Shown: piece after piece, positions 62,759 through 64,000 of the stretch | Position numbering within the stretch: position 1 is the first letter of the stretch | Layout of the letters: each line of letters begins with the position of its first letter | DNA from: Eledone cirrhosa | Taxonomy: Eukaryota | Reading direction: 5' to 3' | DNA: 64,000 nt | Assembly: GCA_964016885.1 (NCBI GenBank) | Contig: OZ024765.1 | Span: 2,294,001 to 2,358,000, forward strand | Notes under the pieces: model-generated | What the model saw: the letters and a program-made list of their open reading frames with translations, nothing else | Databases searched by the model: none | What the model was told of the DNA's origin: nothing | Position numbers and translations under genes: made by a program

Positions 62759-62760
<2 letters not shown>

Positions 62761-62947
62761 TACTCCGTCGGTTAAGACGATGATTGTTCGAATTGATCCG
62801 ATCAACGGAACGTCCTGATCATGAAATTAACGTGCAAGTGGCTGAGCATTCCACAGACATGTACCCCTTTAACATAGTTCTCAGGGAGATTCAGCATGTC
62901 ACAGAGCATGACAAAGCTGGCTCTTCAAATTACAGGTACAACTCATT
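62759..62947. mobile_element. Fragment of an abundant octopus SINE-like interspersed repeat
   Basis: GATCCGATCAACGGAAC...GAAATTAACGTGCAAGTGGCTGAGCA..CCACAGACA recognised from memory as a cephalopod repeat. Not searched. Confidence 0.45.
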
Positions 62948-62961
62948 GAGAGTAGATACGA

Positions 62962-63653
62962 CGTTGCTGTTGTTGTTGTTGTTGCTACTGCTGCTGTTGT
63001 TGTTGTTGTTGATTTTGTTGTTGTTGTTACTGTTGTTGTTACTGTTGCTGTTGTTGTTGTTGCTCTTGTTATTACTGTTGTTGTTGTTGCTACTATTTTT
63101 GTTGTTGTAGCTGTTGTTGTTGTTGCTGTTGTTGTTGTAGCTGTTGTTGTTGTAGCTGTTGTTGTTGTTGCTGTTGTTGTTGTAGCTGTTGTTGTTGTAG
63201 CTGTTGTTGTTGTTGCTGTTGTTGTTGTTGCTGTTGTTGTTGTAGCTGTTGTTGTTGTTGCTGTTGTTGTTGTAGCTGTTGTTGTTGTTGCTGTTGTTGT
63301 TGTAGCTGTTGTTGTTGTAGCCGTTGTTGTTGTAGCTGTTGTTGTTGTTGCTGTTGTTGTTGTAGCTGTTGTTGTTGTAGCTGTTGTTGTTGTTGCTGTT
63401 GTTGTTGTAGCTGTTGTTGTTGTAGCTGTTGTTGTTGTTGCTGTTGTTGTTGTAGCTGTTGTTGTTGTTGCTGTTGTTGTTGTAGCTGTTGTTGTTGTTG
63501 CTGTTGTTGTTGTAGCTGTTGTTGTTGTAGCTGTTGTTGTTGTTGCTGTTGTTGTTGTAGCTGTTGTTGTTGTTGCTGTTGTTGTTGTAGCTGTTGTTGT
63601 TGTTACTGTTGTTGTTGTTACTGTTGTTGTTGTAGCTGTTGTTGTTGTTGTCG
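62962..63653. repeat. (GTT)n/GTAGCT compound microsatellite
   Basis: Direct periodicity. Confidence 0.95.
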
Positions 63654-63719
63654 TTTATTTACTCGGAGGGTATAACATAATTGTTAAAAACAATTTAAGT
63701 CAATAAATGAATATATACG

Positions 63720-63781
<62 letters not shown>

Positions 63782-63789
63782 GTGTGTGC

Positions 63790-63834
<45 letters not shown>

Positions 63835-64000
63835 ATGTATGTGTATGTATATTATATATATATATATATATATATAATATATGTGTATTTATATCTTTCT
63901 CTCTCTATATATATATATATATACATAATGCATAAGTATGCATGTATATATATATATATATATATGTATAATGTATGTAAATGTATATTCATATATATAT

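Overview
AT-rich, microsatellite-saturated animal genomic DNA, most likely an octopod cephalopod (inferred from recognisable octopus-type SINE bodies and extreme (TA)n content), with one 200-N assembly gap at 51323-51522. The only host gene sequence is coding exon 1 of an NK2.1/Nkx2.1-type homeobox gene (3402-3834, +; TN/eh1 motif, WY..NPDPRF, phase-1 GT donor). The homeobox exon is not visible, so the remaining ~60 kb is probably one very large intron. Nearly all ORF-track entries are repeat artefacts. The main hidden signal is a set of at least 8 distinct short non-coding element families sitting inside (TA)n tracts. Most carry type I hammerhead-ribozyme cores (CUGANGA...GAAA...NUH) with compensatory stem changes, and many are arranged as fold-back palindromes. 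A Penelope-like GIY-YIG remnant with its own hammerhead-like motif is also present, so these look like a diverse non-autonomous Penelope/retrozyme-like system. Also present: a 5'-inverted 5S rRNA/CR1-tail chimera, CR1/RTE/Tx1-like LINE fragments, tRNA-SINEs, a Tc1/mariner MITE and several satellites. All structures were folded by eye; no searches were run.
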